Below are positions 62,720 through 64,000 of a stretch of DNA of 64,000 bases, in pieces. Location of the stretch: positions 38,130,001 to 38,194,000 of the forward strand of contig NC_135809.1 in NCBI RefSeq assembly GCF_964213995.1. The letters run 5' to 3'. Position numbers and translations under genes: made by a program. The stretch is from Mustelus asterias (lineage: Eukaryota). How positions within the stretch are numbered: position 1 is the first letter of the stretch; every line of letters begins with the position of its first letter. The notes beneath the pieces were generated by a model, which was not told the DNA's origin, made no database searches, and was given only the letters and a program-made list of their open reading frames with translations.

Positions 62720-63800
62720 AGTTCAAAGGAGCAGTTTGTTATTGTAGGAATTGGAAGCTGATGGCAAGATAATGTTCCAGACGTCTCTGCCTACTCTCCC
62801 TTCTCCTCTTGAGGCAGTCGACGGCGATCTGATGGCAAAGGCTGCACCTTCACAATTGCCATATTCTGGAGGATGGAGCAGATGAATCAGGATACGTGCT
62901 CTCGTGTGTATTGGAAGGCTCCTCAAGAGTGGTTCAAGTAGCAGATCATTCAGAATGCTGATGTTCCTGGTTGGAGCATGGCTGTCCATGTGGGAGCTCT
63001 GTACACCTCTGCTCAATTGGTGGAGAAGAGCCAGTGAGCCATCTGTAGTGCTGGTAGGCCTTGTCGCCAGTCAGCTACCCATTGGCTTGAAGATGGAGGG
63101 GAGAGTGGGATGGCACAGGAAAATTGCATTATGACCGTTGCCAGGAAAATGGGCATTCACCCGCATGATGTTCTATGCACAGTCACACACCAGCTGCATG
63201 TTGAGGGTGTTCTATATACATCTCTGCGCTGAGATTTGGCACCCACAGAACGTTGAGCATGCAGCCAACAGTTCCCGGTATATTAGGAAGCCCAATAGTC
63301 ACCTGGCAGCTCCTCCTAATTCTCTATTCTTAAAGGGCAGACGGGGTTGTCCCTCCCTTCGGACACAAAACCTACATTCCCAGAATAGTGATGCACAGTG
63401 AACTGAGAGATGCTGACGATGTTATTGGCTCCAACCTGGAAGGATTCTGAGGCTTAATAATTGAGACTTTCAGTAACCTTGATGACAACAGCAGCACTGT
63501 CCGCACCCTGCTCCATGGCTGTAGCTCCAGCTGCGAGAAAGACACAGTTCAGTGGCCACCTCCTTGCTGAGGCATAAACACCTGAGTTACTTACTGTTCC
63601 TGACCAAGGTGGAGGTTGGAGAAGAGCTCTCCAATGATCCTAACTGAACATGAGCATCTCTTATGAGGCTTCAGTCTCGTTGTATACAGAGTTTCCCCTC
63701 ACTGCTGTCTCCTCTCCCTCTCCCTTTCACGCAGCAACCAAGCCTCTGCTCCCAAGATTGAAAGCAGGTTTTCTGCCTCGTGGAGGAATTCATTCCACTC
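62720..63800 (-). pseudogene. Fossil PIF/Harbinger (HARBI1-like) DDE transposase
   Basis: Manual minus-strand translation: ASESFQVGANNIVSISQFTVH (~63395-63455), NTLNMQLVCDCA*NIMRVNAHFPGNGHNAIFL (63211-63116), LTGDKAY...WL (~63075-63035); stops and frameshifts. Confidence 0.75.
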
Positions 63801-64000
63801 CTAGCAAAGGCCCAGCACCACTTCCTTCTAACTCAAAGAGCTTGTGTGAGCTCCTCACCACACAGTGCTTTGCTAGTGCAGAGCTAATGGAAATCAAAAG
63901 AGATATCTGGGACCTTTGTGTCATTAAATTTGTGCCTGTTTTTCAACATGCCTGACTATCTGAAAAGCAGCGTTAACATCTCAGGTTGATGGTCTTCCAT

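Overview
Eukaryotic, repeat-rich vertebrate DNA, most likely a shark or other elasmobranch (inferred from HE1/V-SINE-like SINEs, CR1 LINEs and a DeuSINE). It carries the vertebrate synteny block known from human 12p13.33. From left to right: a probable TULP3 first exon and CpG promoter (- strand, ~3.2 kb); complete RHNO1 (- strand, 2 coding exons, ~335 aa); a ~200-bp bidirectional CCAAT/CHR promoter; complete FOXM1 (+ strand, 7 constitutive coding exons, ~734 aa, plus a candidate cassette exon); and the 5' part of TEX52 (+ strand). Most of the rest is transposon debris: CR1, L2, Tx1, Penelope, SINEs, solo LTRs, and Harbinger fossils and MITEs. I found no convincing new multi-gene system. The most interesting local features are a candidate FOXM1 exon Va/A1 equivalent, a 15-unit GC-rich minisatellite and splice-dependent uORFs in the FOXM1 leader, a stop-start uORF on RHNO1, a 163-bp intronic fold-back, and degenerate Penelope hammerhead-like motifs. 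Gene identities come from recalled protein motifs and manual splice-phase checks, not database searches. Repeat boundaries are approximate.
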